Shown here one piece after another: positions 12,291-30,499 of a DNA stretch of 64,000 nucleotides. The DNA is taken from assembly GCF_009914755.1 (NCBI RefSeq), contig NC_060931.1. One strand, 5' to 3'. The translations under genes and the position numbers were made by a program. Each line of letters begins with the position of its first letter. Position 1 is the stretch's first letter. The notes under the pieces were generated by a model, which saw only the letters and a program-made list of their open reading frames with translations, was not told the origin of the DNA and made no database searches. This DNA is from the human T2T-CHM13v2.0 reference genome, Homo sapiens.

Positions 12291-14627
12291 TATTAACATT
12301 AGAACCAAAATGATTCCCTTAGTTTTCACTGCATGCTTAAGAACTCAGCAAGAAATGATGGGTTATACTTTCTTCATCTGAACATTTTTTTTTGTTGCTA
12401 ATAAGTGGATGGGAACCAACAGAATTTTAAAAAATAAAAACATGTATTTGGGGGCTATTAGAGACACAGAAGAAATTATGGAGGAGGGTAGAAAACATAT
12501 CAAAGATAGAAAGCAATGGAGAAAAATGGAGACAGAGGAAGCTCTTAGGAGAAAGAAAGAACAAAATTCTCTCTCTGTTGTTTTCCTCAATTATAGAAAC
12601 TGTTCTTTCCAAAGACTGAGCAAAGAAAACTATGAAATCGAGGAGGAGAAAGAGGGGAGCTGATATTTAGAGCACCCATCTTCAAAACACATTTCAAAAT
12701 GAAACATGCACATCCTATTGACTATTTTTTCAGATTATTCTTCAGAACTCTTAATTTACATATAATTCATTAATAGATACCTATTTATGAATGTGTATAT
12801 GTATATGTGATTATGTTTGTGTATGTTTGGGACAGGGATCTGAGGGAAGTTGGTAACTTGAAAAAATCACCCCCTTCAAAGAACTCAGTATAATAGACTG
12901 ATACATACAAATTTTATGTTCATAAAATTAATCTATAATATTTCCTGTTATGCCTATTTTATCTCCCTATAAAAACGTGAGCCAGTTCTAGAAATATATC
13001 ATTGTATAGTTAGCGTATTGCTGCTTTCCAGAATACAAATATAGCACTATAGGTAATGAAAGTATATTGATAATAATATTTAGAATTAAAGCCTAGGTCT
13101 CCTTTTCACCATCCTTGAAAAAGATCTTGAATTAAAAAACAAAGAGGTTATAATGGAATTTGTTCTTGTCTTTTGCTCCTTTAAATATCCATTGATCTCA
13201 TGCCAAAGTATTTTCTAACCAGGTTAAAGTCCAATTCTGTACTCACGTTAGGCTAAGATTCAATTGAGTTAAAATTTTACACTGACTGCCAGTCAACCTT
13301 ATCATGAACTTTCATTATGTGCATGTAATTAATTGGGTCCAACGAACAATATCAGTTCTGAGTTATAGACTCTTTTCCCCCGACCATATAATTAGAATAT
13401 AATTACCCACAGGATATCAGAATGATGCAGAACCTTTCCTCTAAATGCGCCCTCATTAGGAAACAAGTCTCAATGTACACTTATTCAATCAGTGTGAATT
13501 AATTAAAATGTTACTGAAATAAAAGAGGGTAGCGATAAAGAGTATCTGACATCTATTAAGAGTCTATCACTAGAGATCTGCATGCACAGTTTATATTTAA
13601 ATCCTTTTAGCCGAAATAGAAACTTTGCTATGTAATGTTATATACATCCAGTGTACTAGGAAATCTGAGTACATACATCGGTGTGTGTCATCATTTTTGA
13701 AAAGAGTACAAGATACGATAACTATAGAATCTTTAAGAATTGGGTAGGAATCTAAGAGCCCCATTATTCCATAAATATGTCATCATCAGATAGAATCTAC
13801 CTGGCGGGCAAAAATCATTTTAACTCAAACTACCTAAGCAATTATTGGTTTAACCCACAACCTTATATTACAAATCTGAAAATATTTGTCCCAAAATTGC
13901 TTAGGAGACAACAATTCGAAAAGCCCAGATTTGTGAAAACACTAATTATTTTTGTCTTTATAAAATAACCTGAATTCCTTAAGCTAGCTCAAGTTATTAC
14001 AGTAGCATATTTTCTTTAAGCAGCACATTCAAATACAGCTAAGAATAGCTTCTTTTTAAGAGAATAAATAATACATCATACCACACATTCTGATTATATA
14101 AAACACATTTAAAAATAGTAAATGCACAAAGAAGCTGAGGGACACATGATACATAGCGCACAAGAAGCTGCGGATTCAAACAGTAACATTCTACCTAAGA
14201 GCTATTCATCTTTATTTCTCCAGGTGTATAGTTATATTCAATAAAACTTTGCTAAATAAATAACCCGTGTACAAAGGAATACTCAGCATTAGTCAGAAAC
14301 AATGCCATGAACTGTTAACATAAAAATTTCAGAGCTGCATGTAATAAACTAAGATATATACATATTTTCAAGCTTTCAGTGTTATTATATATTCCTCAGA
14401 AAATTTTAGATACAGAAAAAGGTTTTATAAAACATAGTTCTGGTAATAAAAATTTGGCATTCACTTTTATAAGTAGACATGCACCACTTTGTAATGGAAA
14501 TTCTGCATGAGTATTAAGATAAACTAGGCTATCTACAAATGTATACTTTTTATATGCTCTTTAGGAGCAAACTTCAAGCAGTTTTAAATTATTAGTCTTT
14601 TTTACAAGAATGTTTAACTCTATAAGA

Positions 14628-14760
14628 TTATATATATATGTGTGTATATATATATACATGTGTGTATACATGTATATACTTGTGATTACAACATTCAAAA
14701 ATATGTTTTATATACCTATATATGTGTATATACACATATATACATATATATATATGCATG
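14628..14760. repeat. TA/TG/CA low-complexity tract
   Basis: Seen directly. Confidence 0.8.
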
Positions 14761-15869
14761 TTGTAATCACATTCTGGTATAATATTCTATTCAGACACTA
14801 AACTCATCTTGGTGGAGACCAAAAGTGAGAGAAATAATGGTTCCACTCTGCTAAGCAAATGAAGATTGTCTCACAAAGGTTTGCTTTATTCTTAACCTAA
14901 AATTTTTTTAGAATTTCAGTAATAAATACATGTAGCTACAGTTGCCTGCTGAAAATATTCTATTGGAGTAACATTCACTAAAATGCCACATTAACTAAGA
15001 GTAATTACTACCAAAAAGCCACAATTTCTAAACAAGAGAATGTGAATATTTTTGAAGTTCCATTCTATAATAAACATCAATTTTCATTTTCTGAACACAA
15101 AGAAGAATGATTATTTATTATATTTTACATGGAAAACTATATTGCTTAAATTATATTTAAAAATCAGATTTTTAAATACAATTTAATATCCAGAGAAAAA
15201 CATCTCAATTCTCCTCAGAATTCTGAAAATGTTCCCTTTATATTCTCTACCTGCTGTAACTCCTCATTTTACATGTGAGGCATTTTACAGTACCATCTAT
15301 TGGATATTTTATATAACTACAACACATAAAACTCACCAGCTTTTCGAAATTTAGTAGTAACTATAAGAAGCTGCAAGAGCCATTCCGGAAACTAAATACA
15401 ATGCTACTTTGGTATCCACTAACATTTCCTCATCATCACACACTTTAAACTCAATTTTATTAGCTTCTAACAAAATGATTTAATTATGAGTTACCAATGA
15501 TTTTTTAAAACCAAGCCTCCTTGTTATATATTTGTTTTAATTTTTACTTGATATATATGTTACTGTCTGATATATTTTTTCTTGACTCAGGGAAAAGAGT
15601 GATAAATGATGGGAATTTTCAAAAGCTGACTGAATGCTATTCATTCACTCAGCAAATATTTGTTAAGCATCTAGTCTATGACCAAATCAAATTAGGCACT
15701 AGACATAAAGAGATACACCCTTTTGCTGGGAGTGATAAGAATAATGGGGGTGCTAGTCAATGAGCATAAGGGACAGTTTCACAAGAAATGTTTCAAGTTC
15801 AATTCCTGCTATGTTGACTTTAAGCTTCTGTGGGATATATCTGAGAGGAAACTTAAAACATGAAGTGAG

Positions 15870-16184
<315 letters not shown>

Positions 16185-16529
16185 AAAACACGAAGTGAGC
16201 ATTTCGATCTAGATGTATGTGGGGAGAATGGGCTCATACAGACACATGCAAACATGGTAGCTGTAGCTCTGGAACTGGATAACATAATTTATAAAGTGTG
16301 GGTGTAATAAGATGAGAATTGAAGAAAAAACTGAAGTTTTACACATATTAAAGAATGAAAGGAAGACTAGGGATTTAGTAATATTGACAAAGTGTGGCTT
16401 AAAAGGTAAAAGAAAACCTAGTGGAAATGCACTGGATGAGTGTTAGAGGCTATCAAAGGTAAGCATCTCAGTGTCAAACACTGTAGAGCATTCAAAACAG
16501 ATTATACTTGGAAAGGGTTTCCAGTAGAT

Positions 16530-16968
16530 GCTGTTGGTAGCTCAAAGCAGATCCTTTGCTACCTTGCCAGAGCAACTATCACCAGCTGCTATGAGTGTTA
16601 ACTTCTGAAAGCTTGCAGCCGTCCCTAAGAATTAACCTTTATCCACAGAAATAGGCTGTGCCAGGAGGCCCTAGATAATGACTGACACATAGGTGAGGAA
16701 AGGCCAGCCTTCTTGCCTTAAGTTAGGAACAATCCTATGATTGGATTTTTGCTGCAAAGCCCTAAAGGTACGGGCCAAGGCTAAACTATCACTATGATCA
16801 ACATTCTTGCTTAGAGCTTGCCTCTTCCTTTTTCTGCCTCCCTCCCTTCATTATAGGTTGTTTTGTTTTTGTTTTTGTTTTTTTCTAAAGAACTTTTTCT
16901 CCCTCCATAAATCACACAAAGCCAAATCTTGGCTTAATGCTCTACTCCTTAGGAACCCACCTAAAAGA
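16530..16968 (+). mobile_element. Old ERVL-type LTR (LTR16-like)
   Basis: 3' end ...ctctactccttaggaacccacctaaaaga resembles the LTR16/LTR33 terminus; boundaries approximate. Confidence 0.45.
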
Positions 16969-18338
16969 GTGCAATTCGATTTAGTAAGGATAGCAAGAAC
17001 AATTTCATATCCATGTTACAGTCAGAAGTTACACTAAAGTGGGTTGAGAAGGAAGAGAGGAATGTGACACAGTGGGTGTTATCTACACACCTGCACAAAC
17101 ATACTTATGGTTATGTGAAGAGCCAGACAAGAGTCAGCATGCAAATACAGGAAATAGAATTGCACAGGAGAAGGACAAACAGCCCTTTCACTGGAATGAG
17201 TTCTACAACACACTAATAGTAAAAACAATATTCACCTACTGGACTCAAATCATGATGCTGTTTAGTACTAAATTACATAAGTGTGCTGGATTATACCTTG
17301 TCTGGGTTTTTCCTATTGTAAATTAGGAAATTGATATTTTATTAAAGATCTGTGACAAATGCCATGAAAGGAGAAAAATGTGGAATTCCAGGAGAATTAA
17401 GGCAGAGAATACTAGAATGAAAGAAATCTGAAAGAATATACGCATTGGGTGGCTCAAGGATGTTGAAGAAATGATAATCAAAGGAAGTAATTTAAAAATA
17501 TTTGTGGTCAAGATAAAATGAGAGTAATGTAATGAAGAATAGATCACTAGGTACAGAGCCGTAATCTTCCAGGGTTTGGGTTTCCTTGGGCAAATGAGGT
17601 TGAATAAGTCAAAGCTCTTTAGAGTATTAGCAACAGAATTTCAACTGATAGATTTTTATCAACTGGACTGGACAGCAAGGAGTGGTCATGGAAAGCTCGA
17701 GAACTATCCTTATTCCACATAAAGGGGAACATGGGTTGAACTAGGGAACAAAGACAGGCAATGAGACAGAGATCATGGTAGTATTTACAAAATTGATGTG
17801 TGGACCAAAAGTTATATGTGACTTAATTCTTCACCAGGTTTCAAGTAAAAGTTGAGAATAAACAAGCCATATTTAATAGTAAAACAGAGAAAGTCATGTA
17901 CATAAATACTTTCTGATCACCACTGTTTCAGCAGGAATCATTAAAACTACAGATTACCTTTGCAAGGTGGAATTTATCCCTTAATGTCTAGTGGTGGTTA
18001 AGAATGTCTGGTTTTGACTGCATTCAAAATGTAAAAATTAAAAGATAAAAATGATATAAAGCATTTGTCTCTACTCTAATGCTATTAGCTCTAGATATAT
18101 GCCTTGCCCCAACCCCAAATTTCTTTGAAAGGTGAAAGCAGAAATATCAACACAGAAGTTCACATATTTGGGAGCTTTTATGCCGTAGTTTGTGGCAATT
18201 TAGTTTCACCAGTGTTTAATGAGAATAGCAAATTTTGCACATTCTTGCCAACACTGGGTATTATCATTTTAAAAATATTTTCCAAAATGGATAGAAAAAT
18301 TAAATCTCATTGTTTTAATTTATATTTCTTCATTACTT

Positions 18339-18420
18339 TTTACAATATAGGGATTTGGTTTACAATATAGGGATTTGGTTTACAATATAGGGATTGCATT
18401 TTACAATACAAAGATTTGTT
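18339..18420. repeat. 20-bp minisatellite, about 4 copies
   Basis: tacaatatagggatttggtt twice perfect, then two decaying copies. Confidence 0.9.
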
Positions 18421-21400
18421 GTTGCTGTTGTTACTGTTATTATGATCCTTATCTTTAACTTGATTTGTAAGTTTTGGGATTTAGCATTTTCTTTAAAATA
18501 AATTTTCATTGCTCAAGGCAGTTAACATTTTATCTTTCTCATTTTGGAAAAAAAAAAAGGCTGTGCCTAGGCAAAAATTAAACCCTGAATTCATGTTTGA
18601 TTTTTTTGTAATAGATGTAATGTAGAATTTACCTTACTTTATTTTCACGTGGTTATACAATAATCCTGACACCTTTGATGCTCCACCAGATTTCATTTGT
18701 GACTTTTATTATAGACTATATAATTACATATAGTTCAATATGTCTTTAGACTTTCTATCACATCTTTACAACTTTTAGAGCCATATTATTTTGATCACTG
18801 AAAATTTAACAAACATATTTTTAAGACTTTTTGTTAGAATAAGCATTTTTTTATTACTCTTCGTTTTTAAGATTTTATAATGTTTATGTACATTTATTCT
18901 TCCAGACAAAATTAGAAATCATTTTGTCCAGCCAAAAAATTGCATGCAAATTGCACCAAGTAGATAAATTAATTTGAAGTGACGTAGGTTCTTTTTCATT
19001 CAGTTTAATTTTCTTTACACTTAAGAGAACAATTTAGTTTTTTGTTTGTTTGTCTGTCTGTTTTGCTTAGGGATAGCATGATCTCTTTTCAATTTGTTGC
19101 CATTCTCTACAGTAGTAAAAGGAGATTTTCGTAATCCTCTTCTCCAGATTACTTATTTTGTTGTCCTCAGTGTTGATTTTTGCCTTATTCTAATACAGAT
19201 ATAGTTAGTTTCTGCTAAAACATTATTTTTTTCTATACTCTTTCTTAATTCTTTTGTTTCTTTCAAGTCAGTGCATTATAAAGTAAATGTTTTCTTTAGT
19301 ATTCTTGACCATCTAAAACTATTGCTATTGATGTCTTCTTCTGTTTGATGCAATAAAACTTTATGTATGGCATTCATCTAACTTTTATCTGCCATCCTTT
19401 TTCTTTATTTTTGAGTTGCATAACTATTAGTATTTTATTTGGCAACAGGTAGACTCTTTAATACCAAAAGGCACTTGGGTCATAAACCATCAGTCTGCAT
19501 TGGCAGTTGATAGAAAAGTCAAAGGAAACAAATACAACTACACCGATTATTGCAATATTGTTTAGGTACTGTCCAATACAGAAACAACTTCACACAGAAA
19601 AATTAATCTAAGGTCTCAGTAACCACAAAATAATAAAAAATATTTTCTCTAATTGAATACAATCAAGCCTATAATATTTATTTTTGCTAAGGCTACCAAG
19701 AAACTCAGGGAAATTCTGAAAAATTACCTCTGTTAACTTTGAATGGTATTGTGAAATAAATTTGAGTTTTAACTTAATTTTGGCACAAACTTACTACATT
19801 TTATTTTGCTGCATATGGTATATTACATAAGCTGTTTTGAATACTGTTAGCAATAACTTGTAGAATAATTTAAATCATTCATGAATACATAATTTCCCAT
19901 CCTCACTTTAGAATCAGACATATATAATACTCTTTGTTTTAAGTCTATTTTTAAAATTTAGCTTTTAATACATTGTAATCTCTCTTTGGATAATGCTCAT
20001 GTATGGCTATATGTTTAAGATTTCCCGACACCATCAAGATGGCTGACTAGAGGAACCTAGCACTCATCTCTTAAACAAAGAAGGGCCACAACAGCAAATA
20101 AATAACCACAAATCAAATGGAGCATCTAAGGGAGAACACAAATTCAGCAAGAAAATGATGAAGCCCTTCTAAGACATGGAAACTCCTGATGGCACAATAA
20201 AAATAAAAGCAAAGCAGCTAGCCAGGATCAGCATAGAGGCAGGAGAGACTCTCCATTGCAGGAAAAAGGTAGGTGGGAGATTCCCCAGCCATCTACATTC
20301 CCATCAGAGATGTCTGGAATCCTAGGGAGAGAAAAGCCCCTCTGCCCTCACAGACCCCGAGCCTAGTGCAGAGAGTTTCCTGGAGTTCACATGACTGTAT
20401 TGTTCCAGAGAGGAAAATCAAACTGGGTGCCCTACACTCCTGGGACCAAAGCTGATGCATCATGGCATTATTTTGAGGGAAGAACCATCACCAGAATACA
20501 TTCTGACTTGGGCCAAATAGCCCCTGTATCTCCACATCCATAGTATTCCACTGATATTCCCCTACATCCACTGAGAAGGCTACAGTCTCATGAAACCAAC
20601 TGGAACTGGTGGTACAACTGTGTTCCCAGCATCTGAGCCCATGTAGCTCCCTGTACTCCAGAAAATAGGTGATCTAAACCCTTAGGAAGTCTGCCTCCAG
20701 GACACAGGTAGCTGAAGCATGTGCACACCAAAGCTTGAGAGCCACCTGTCTTATCTGCCGTCACCAACAGTGACCTCTCCCCCTCTAGCAGTGGGGCCAC
20801 CACATGTCCATGTGCAATGTCAATAACCTGCAAACCAGTTTAACTGGGGTCCACTGCCAGTGCCCCAATGTGTGCCATCCAGGAGCCCGAGGCCATCCTC
20901 CTCAGGAATTGCTACCACTTCAAGCCCAAAAAACTGACCTCTCCAATAGTGGGGCTGCTGCGCACCTTTGCACACCATTTAGGAGCCAGAGGAGTGGACC
21001 AACCAGGGTCTACTGCCACCAACACCCATGCCTACAAATATCCCCCAGGATCCTGAAGACTGGCCTACCTGGGCTCTCCCAAAGAAAGTTATGACAGAGC
21101 CTCCACAAACAACTACAGCCTAAACTACTGAGAAAATCACATATGCTACTGATTTGATTACAGGCAAAAAAAAAAAAAATCATATGGAGAATACATTACT
21201 GTACCTACCTAGAACTAAAACCAAAGCACTCTACCTAACTGACTCTATAGATACATCTACAGGAAAAAAAGTGTTACCCTATGAAAGCTACTTCAGAAAA
21301 TTCAAAGAAGTGACAGCTATATCAGAGATGTAGATATCAGTGTAGGGATGCAGGAAACATGACAAACCAATAAAACATAACACCTCTAAAGGAAAATAAT

Positions 21401-21937
21401 TATTCTGCAGTAACAGACCACAAATAAAAGAAAATCTATAAACTACTTGAAAGGGAATTCAAAATAATTATCTTTCAAAAATTCAGTGAAATACAAGAGA
21501 ACACAGATAGGCAATACCGTGATATCAAGAAAAGAATTCATGATCTGAATGAGAAATTCAACAAAGATGTCCAACAGAAATCATAGAACTGAAGAATTCA
21601 ATGAAAATATAAAAAGTACAGTTGAGAGCTTCAACAATTACAGAAGAAATAATTTCCGAGCTTAAAGACAGATCTTTTGAAGTATCCTAGTCACACACAA
21701 AAAAAAGAGAAAAAGAATTTTTAAAAAGAGTGAAGAAACTCTATGTACATACAGGAGAACTTTAAGCAAACACATTTTTAAATTCTGGGAGTTCCAAAAA
21801 GAAAAGATGGGGAAAGACATGGAAACCTATTGAATAAAATAATACTTGAAAATATCCTATGTCTTGGGAGATAAATAGACATCCAGATACAGGACACTCA
21901 ATAATCCTCAAATAGACTTAAATTAAAAAGGTCCTAT

Positions 21938-22588
21938 CGATGGCGACAGGGGACAGACAAATTCCTAGGCAGACAGGGATGGGTCTCCAGTGAAACCCAA
22001 CCTTCCAGCAAAGGACAGTTTAAAGCCTGAAAACCAAGCTGCCAGTTCCAGATAGACTCCACAACTGGCATGAGAACTTCTATCTCCATCTCACCCACTC
22101 AGTCTTGATTGGTTCCTTCTGAATGATGCCTTTTAACTAATCAAATGATATTTTTTTCAAGACCAACCATGGACCCATCAGCATGCATTCCCCGATTCTA
22201 AGCCCATAAAAACCCCAGACTCAGACTCACAAATGGCTACCTGTTTAGGGGTCCTCTCTCATTGCCGAGAGCTTTCCTTCAGTGACTCAATACAATTCTA
22301 CTATATCTTACTCACTTTCTGGTGTGCACATACCTTGATCCTTTTGGTCACGGACAAGAAACTGGAAATCCTTGAACTGCAGGAGCAAAAGAGCTGTAAT
22401 GTTCCTGCTTGCTGAGCTATAGGTGGTGAGAATAAAAGAGTGGTAATATTCTCTGCCGCTCGCCGAACAACAGGACAGAAAAACCCACTGGGTGCCACCT
22501 TCTCCTGCTTGCTGAACAATGGCAGCAAAGAGCCACTGGGTGCCCTTTCTCTCACTCACTGAACTGTGGAAGCGAAAAAGCCACAACA
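21938..22588 (+). mobile_element. ERV1 solo LTR (LTR27/LTR28-like), 651 bp
   Basis: (c)gatggcgacagggg...ccacaaca; flanking direct repeat ctat(c) at 21934 and 22589; decayed CCAAT boxes, cataaaaa TATA-like box, aataaa at 22431; interrupts the old L1 ORF1. Confidence 0.8.
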
Positions 22589-24386
22589 CTATCTGAGGCA
22601 CATTATAGTCAAACAGTCAACAGTCAATGATAACAAGAGAAAAGAATCAAGTCACATACAAGGGAGTCCCCATTAGACTAACAACACACTTCTCAGAAGA
22701 AACCATATGGTCAGAAGAGCATGAGATGATATATTCAAAATGCTAAAAGAAAAAAAAAAACCTGTCAGCCAAGAATACAATACCCAGCAAAGCTATCTTA
22801 AAGAAATAAAGAGTAAAGTTTTCTCAGACAAGCAAAAACTGAGGGAATTCATCATCACCAGACTGGATATACAAGAAATAAGGGAGTTCAACATCTGAAG
22901 GCAAAAGGATGATATCTGCCATTATGATAACAAATGAGAAAGACAAGGAATGAAATGTTATTTCTACAGAAAACAAGCAAACTGCAAAAAATAACTTAAG
23001 AGAGAAAGAGAGAAACAAAACAAATACAAAACAATCAGAAAACAAATACCAATGGGTAGTTAGTCTTCACCTATCAACAACTATGAAGAGGTTTAATTCA
23101 CCAATTAAAAGATAGAGATTTGGCTGAATGGATTAAAAAACAACAAGATCCAACTATATGCTGCCTACAAAAATCTCACTTCACTTGCAAAGACACTCAT
23201 AGACTGAAAGCAAAGGAATAGAAAAAGATATTCCAATGCAAACTGAAACGAAAAGTAGGCAGGATTATCTATATTTGTATCAGACAAAGTAGACTTTAAG
23301 TCAAAAAACATAAAAACAGACAAAGAAGGTCATTAGATAAAAATTAAGTGGTCAATTCAGTAAGAGGATATAACAATTATAGAAAAGTAAATAAACATAT
23401 ATATACACACTCAACATTGGAGACCATAATACAATAATAGCTAGGAACTTCAATGCCCCACATTGAGTATTAGACAGATAATCTAAAAGGATAATAAATT
23501 GTAAAATATTGGACTTACACTGCACTATAGACCAAATGAACCCAATAGATATTTACAGAGTATTTCATCCAATAGCTGCAGAACACACATTATTCTCCTC
23601 AGGACATGGGACATTTGCAAGGATAGACTGTATCTTAGGCCTCAATATAAATCTCAAACATTTTAAAACATCAAAATTCTCTCAAGCATCTTCTCGGAAC
23701 ACAATAAAATAAAATCAGAATCAATATTAAGAAGAACTTTGGAAATTGTACAAATACATGGAAATTAAACAACATGCTCCTGAATGACAAACAGGTCAAT
23801 AAGGAAATTAAGAAGAAAGTAAAAAAAATTCTTGAAGACATGAAAATAGAAATACCTATGGGATAGAGCAAAAGAAGTGCTAAGAGGGAAGATTACACCA
23901 ATGAACACCTATATAAAAAATTAAAATATTTAAAATAAACAACCTAACAATACACCTCAAGAAACTAGAAAAGCAAGAACAAACTAAATTCAAAATTTAT
24001 GGAAGAAAAAAATAATAAAGATCAAAGCAGAACTAAACAAAATAGAGACTAAAAAATTACAAACAGTCAACAAAATGAAAAGTTAGTTTTCTGAAAAGAT
24101 AAACTAAAACGACAATTAGACTAAGAAATAATAAAGAAAACCTCAATAAATAAAACCAGAAACAAAAAAGGAGACATTACAACTGATACCACATAAATAC
24201 AAAGGATCATTAGAAACTGTTATGAACAACTATACACTACCACACTGGGTAATCTAGAGGAAACATATAAATTCCTGGAAAACTTACAACCTGCCAAAAT
24301 TGAACCAAGAAGAAATAGAAAATCTGAACAGACCAATTACAAGTAACAAGACTGAATCAGAAATAAAAAGTCTCCCAAAAAGAAAA

Positions 24387-24410
24387 CAACAACAACAACA
24401 ACAACAACAA
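24387..24410. repeat. (CAA)8 microsatellite inside the old L1 ORF2
   Basis: Seen directly. Confidence 0.9.
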
Positions 24411-24679
24411 GGCCCAGGACAGAGAGTTTTACTGCTGAATTCAACCAAACTTTTAAAGACAAACGAAACCAATTATTTTTAAATTACTCCAAAAACAAAA
24501 AAATAGACCATACTTCTTAATTCACTTTATAAGTACAGCATCACCCTGATAACAAAACGAAACACAGACACAAAACAACAACAAACTACAGGCCAATATC
24601 CCTGATGAATATGGGTGTAAAAATCCTCTACCAAATAATAGCAAAGCAAATTCAACATCACATCAAAAAGATAATTCAT

Positions 24680-25586
24680 GGGGGAGGAGCCAAGATGGCC
24701 GAATAGTAACAGCTCGGGTCTACAGCTCCCAGCATGAACGACGCAGAAGACGGGTGATTTCTGCATTTCCATCTGAGGTACCGGGTTCATCTCACTAGGG
24801 AGTGCCAGACAGTGGGCGCAGGTCAGTGGTCGCGCGCACCATGCGCGAGCCGAAGCAGGGCGAGGCATTGCCTCACTTGGGAAGCGCAAGGGGTCAGGGA
24901 GTTCCCTTTCTGAGTCAAAGAAAGGGGTGACGGACAGCACCTGGAAAATCGGGTCACTCCCACCAGAATACTGTGCTTTTCTGACGGGCTTAAAAAATGG
25001 CGCACCATGAGATTATATCCTGCACCTGGCTCAGAGGGTCCTACGCCCACGGAGTCTCGCTGATTGCTAGCACAGCAGTCTGAGATCAAACTGCAAGGCG
25101 GCAGCGAGGCTGGGGGAGGGGCGCCCACCATTGCCCAGGCTTGATTAGGTAAACAAAGCTGCCAGGAAGCTGGAACTGGGTGGAGCCCACCACAGCTCAA
25201 GGAGGCCTGCCTGCCTCTGTAGGCTCCACCTCTGGGGGCAAGGCACAGACAAACAAAAAGACAGCAGTAACCTCTGCAGACTTAAATGTCCCTGTCTGAC
25301 AGCTTTGAAGAGAGCAGTAGTTCTCCCAGCATGCAGCTGGAGATCTGAGAACGGGCAGACTGCCTCCTCAAGTGGGTCCCTGACCCCTGACCCCCGAGCA
25401 GCCTAACTGGGAGGCACCCCCCAGCAGGGGCACACTCACACCTCACAGGGCAGGGTACTCCAACAGACCTGCAGCTGAGGGTCCTCTCTGTTAGACGGAA
25501 AACTAACAAACAGAAAGGACATCCACACCAAAAACCCATCTGTACATCACCATCATCAAACACCAAAAGTAGATAAAACCACAAAG
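24680..25586. promoter_or_regulatory. L1 5' UTR: sense promoter with intact YY1 site, plus antisense promoter pointing in the DGKB direction
   Basis: caagatggcc at 24691-24700; CpG-rich; antisense promoter inferred from known L1PA architecture. Confidence 0.75.
24823..25131 (-). CDS. L1 ORF0, uninterrupted and extended to 102 aa
   Basis: ggcaATGG Kozak context; MVGAPPPASLPPCSLISDCCASNQRDSVGVGPSEPG... matches primate L1 ORF0; translation not shown. Confidence 0.6.
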   Translation of the reverse strand: MVGAPPPASLPPCSLISDCCASNQRDSVGVGPSEPGAGYNLMVRHFLSPSEKHSILVGVTRFSRCCPSPLSLTQKGNSLTPCASQVRQCLALLRLAHGARDH

Positions 25587-26603
25587 ATGGGGAAAAAACA
25601 GAACAGGAAAACTGGAAACTCTAAAAAGCAGAGCGCCTCTCCTCCTCCAAAGGAATGCAGTTCCTCACCAGCAACGGAACAAAGCTGGATGGAGAATGAC
25701 TCTGACGAGCTGAGAGAAGAAGGCTTCAGTCGATCAAATTACTCTGAGCTACGGGAGGACATTCTAACCAAAGGCAAAGAAGTTGAAAACCTTGAAAAAA
25801 ATTTAGAAGAATGTATAACTAGAATAACCAATACAGAGAAGTGCTTAAAGGAGCTGATGGAGCTGAAAACCAAGGCTCGAGAGCTACATGAAGAATGCAG
25901 AAGCCTCAGGAGCTGATGCGATCAACTGGAAGAAAGGGTATCAGCAATGGAAGATGAAATGAATGAAATGAAGCGAGAAGGGAAGTTTAGAGAAAAAAGA
26001 ATAAAAAGAAATGAGCAAAGCCTCCAAGAAATATGGGACTATGTGAAAAGACCAAATCTACGTCTCATTGGTGTACCTGAAAGTGATGGGGAGAATGGAA
26101 CCAAGTTGGAAAACATGCTGCAGGATATTATCCAGGAGAACTTCCCCAATCTAGCAAGGCAGGCCAACGTTCAGATTCAGGAAATACAGAGAACGCCACA
26201 AAGATACTCCTCGAGAAGGGCAACTGTAAGACACATAATTGTCAGATTCACCAAAGTTGAAATGAAGGAAAAAATGTTAAGGGCAGCCAGAGAGAAAGGT
26301 CGGGTTCCCCTCAAAGGGAAGCCCATCAGACTAACAGCGGATCTCTCGGCAGAAACCCCACAAGCCAGAAGACAGTGGGGACCAATATTCAACATTCTTA
26401 AAGAAAAGAATTTTCAACCCAGAATTTCATATCCAGCCAAACTAAGCTTCATAAGTGAAGGAGAAATAAAATACTTTACAGACAAGCAAATGCTGAGAGA
26501 TTTTGTCACCACCAGGCCTGCCTTACAAGAGCTCCTGAAGGAAGCACTAAACATGGAAAGGAACAACCGGTACCAGTTGCTGCAAAATCATGACAAAATG
26601 TAA
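25587..26603 (+). pseudogene. L1 ORF1p, disrupted
   Basis: MGKKQNRKTGNSK...; premature TGA at 25914-25916 (CGA>TGA CpG decay); the same frame resumes to ...QNHDKM. Confidence 0.95.
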
Positions 26604-26639
26604 AGACCATCAACACTAGGAAGAAACTGCATCAACTAA

Positions 26640-30499
<3,860 letters not shown>

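Noticed and set aside
18339-18420. CRISPR-like repeats
   Set aside because: Head-to-tail units with no spacers, in a primate intron
24300-24482. PolyQ-containing ORF
   Set aside because: A (CAA)8 expansion inside a dead L1 ORF2 fragment
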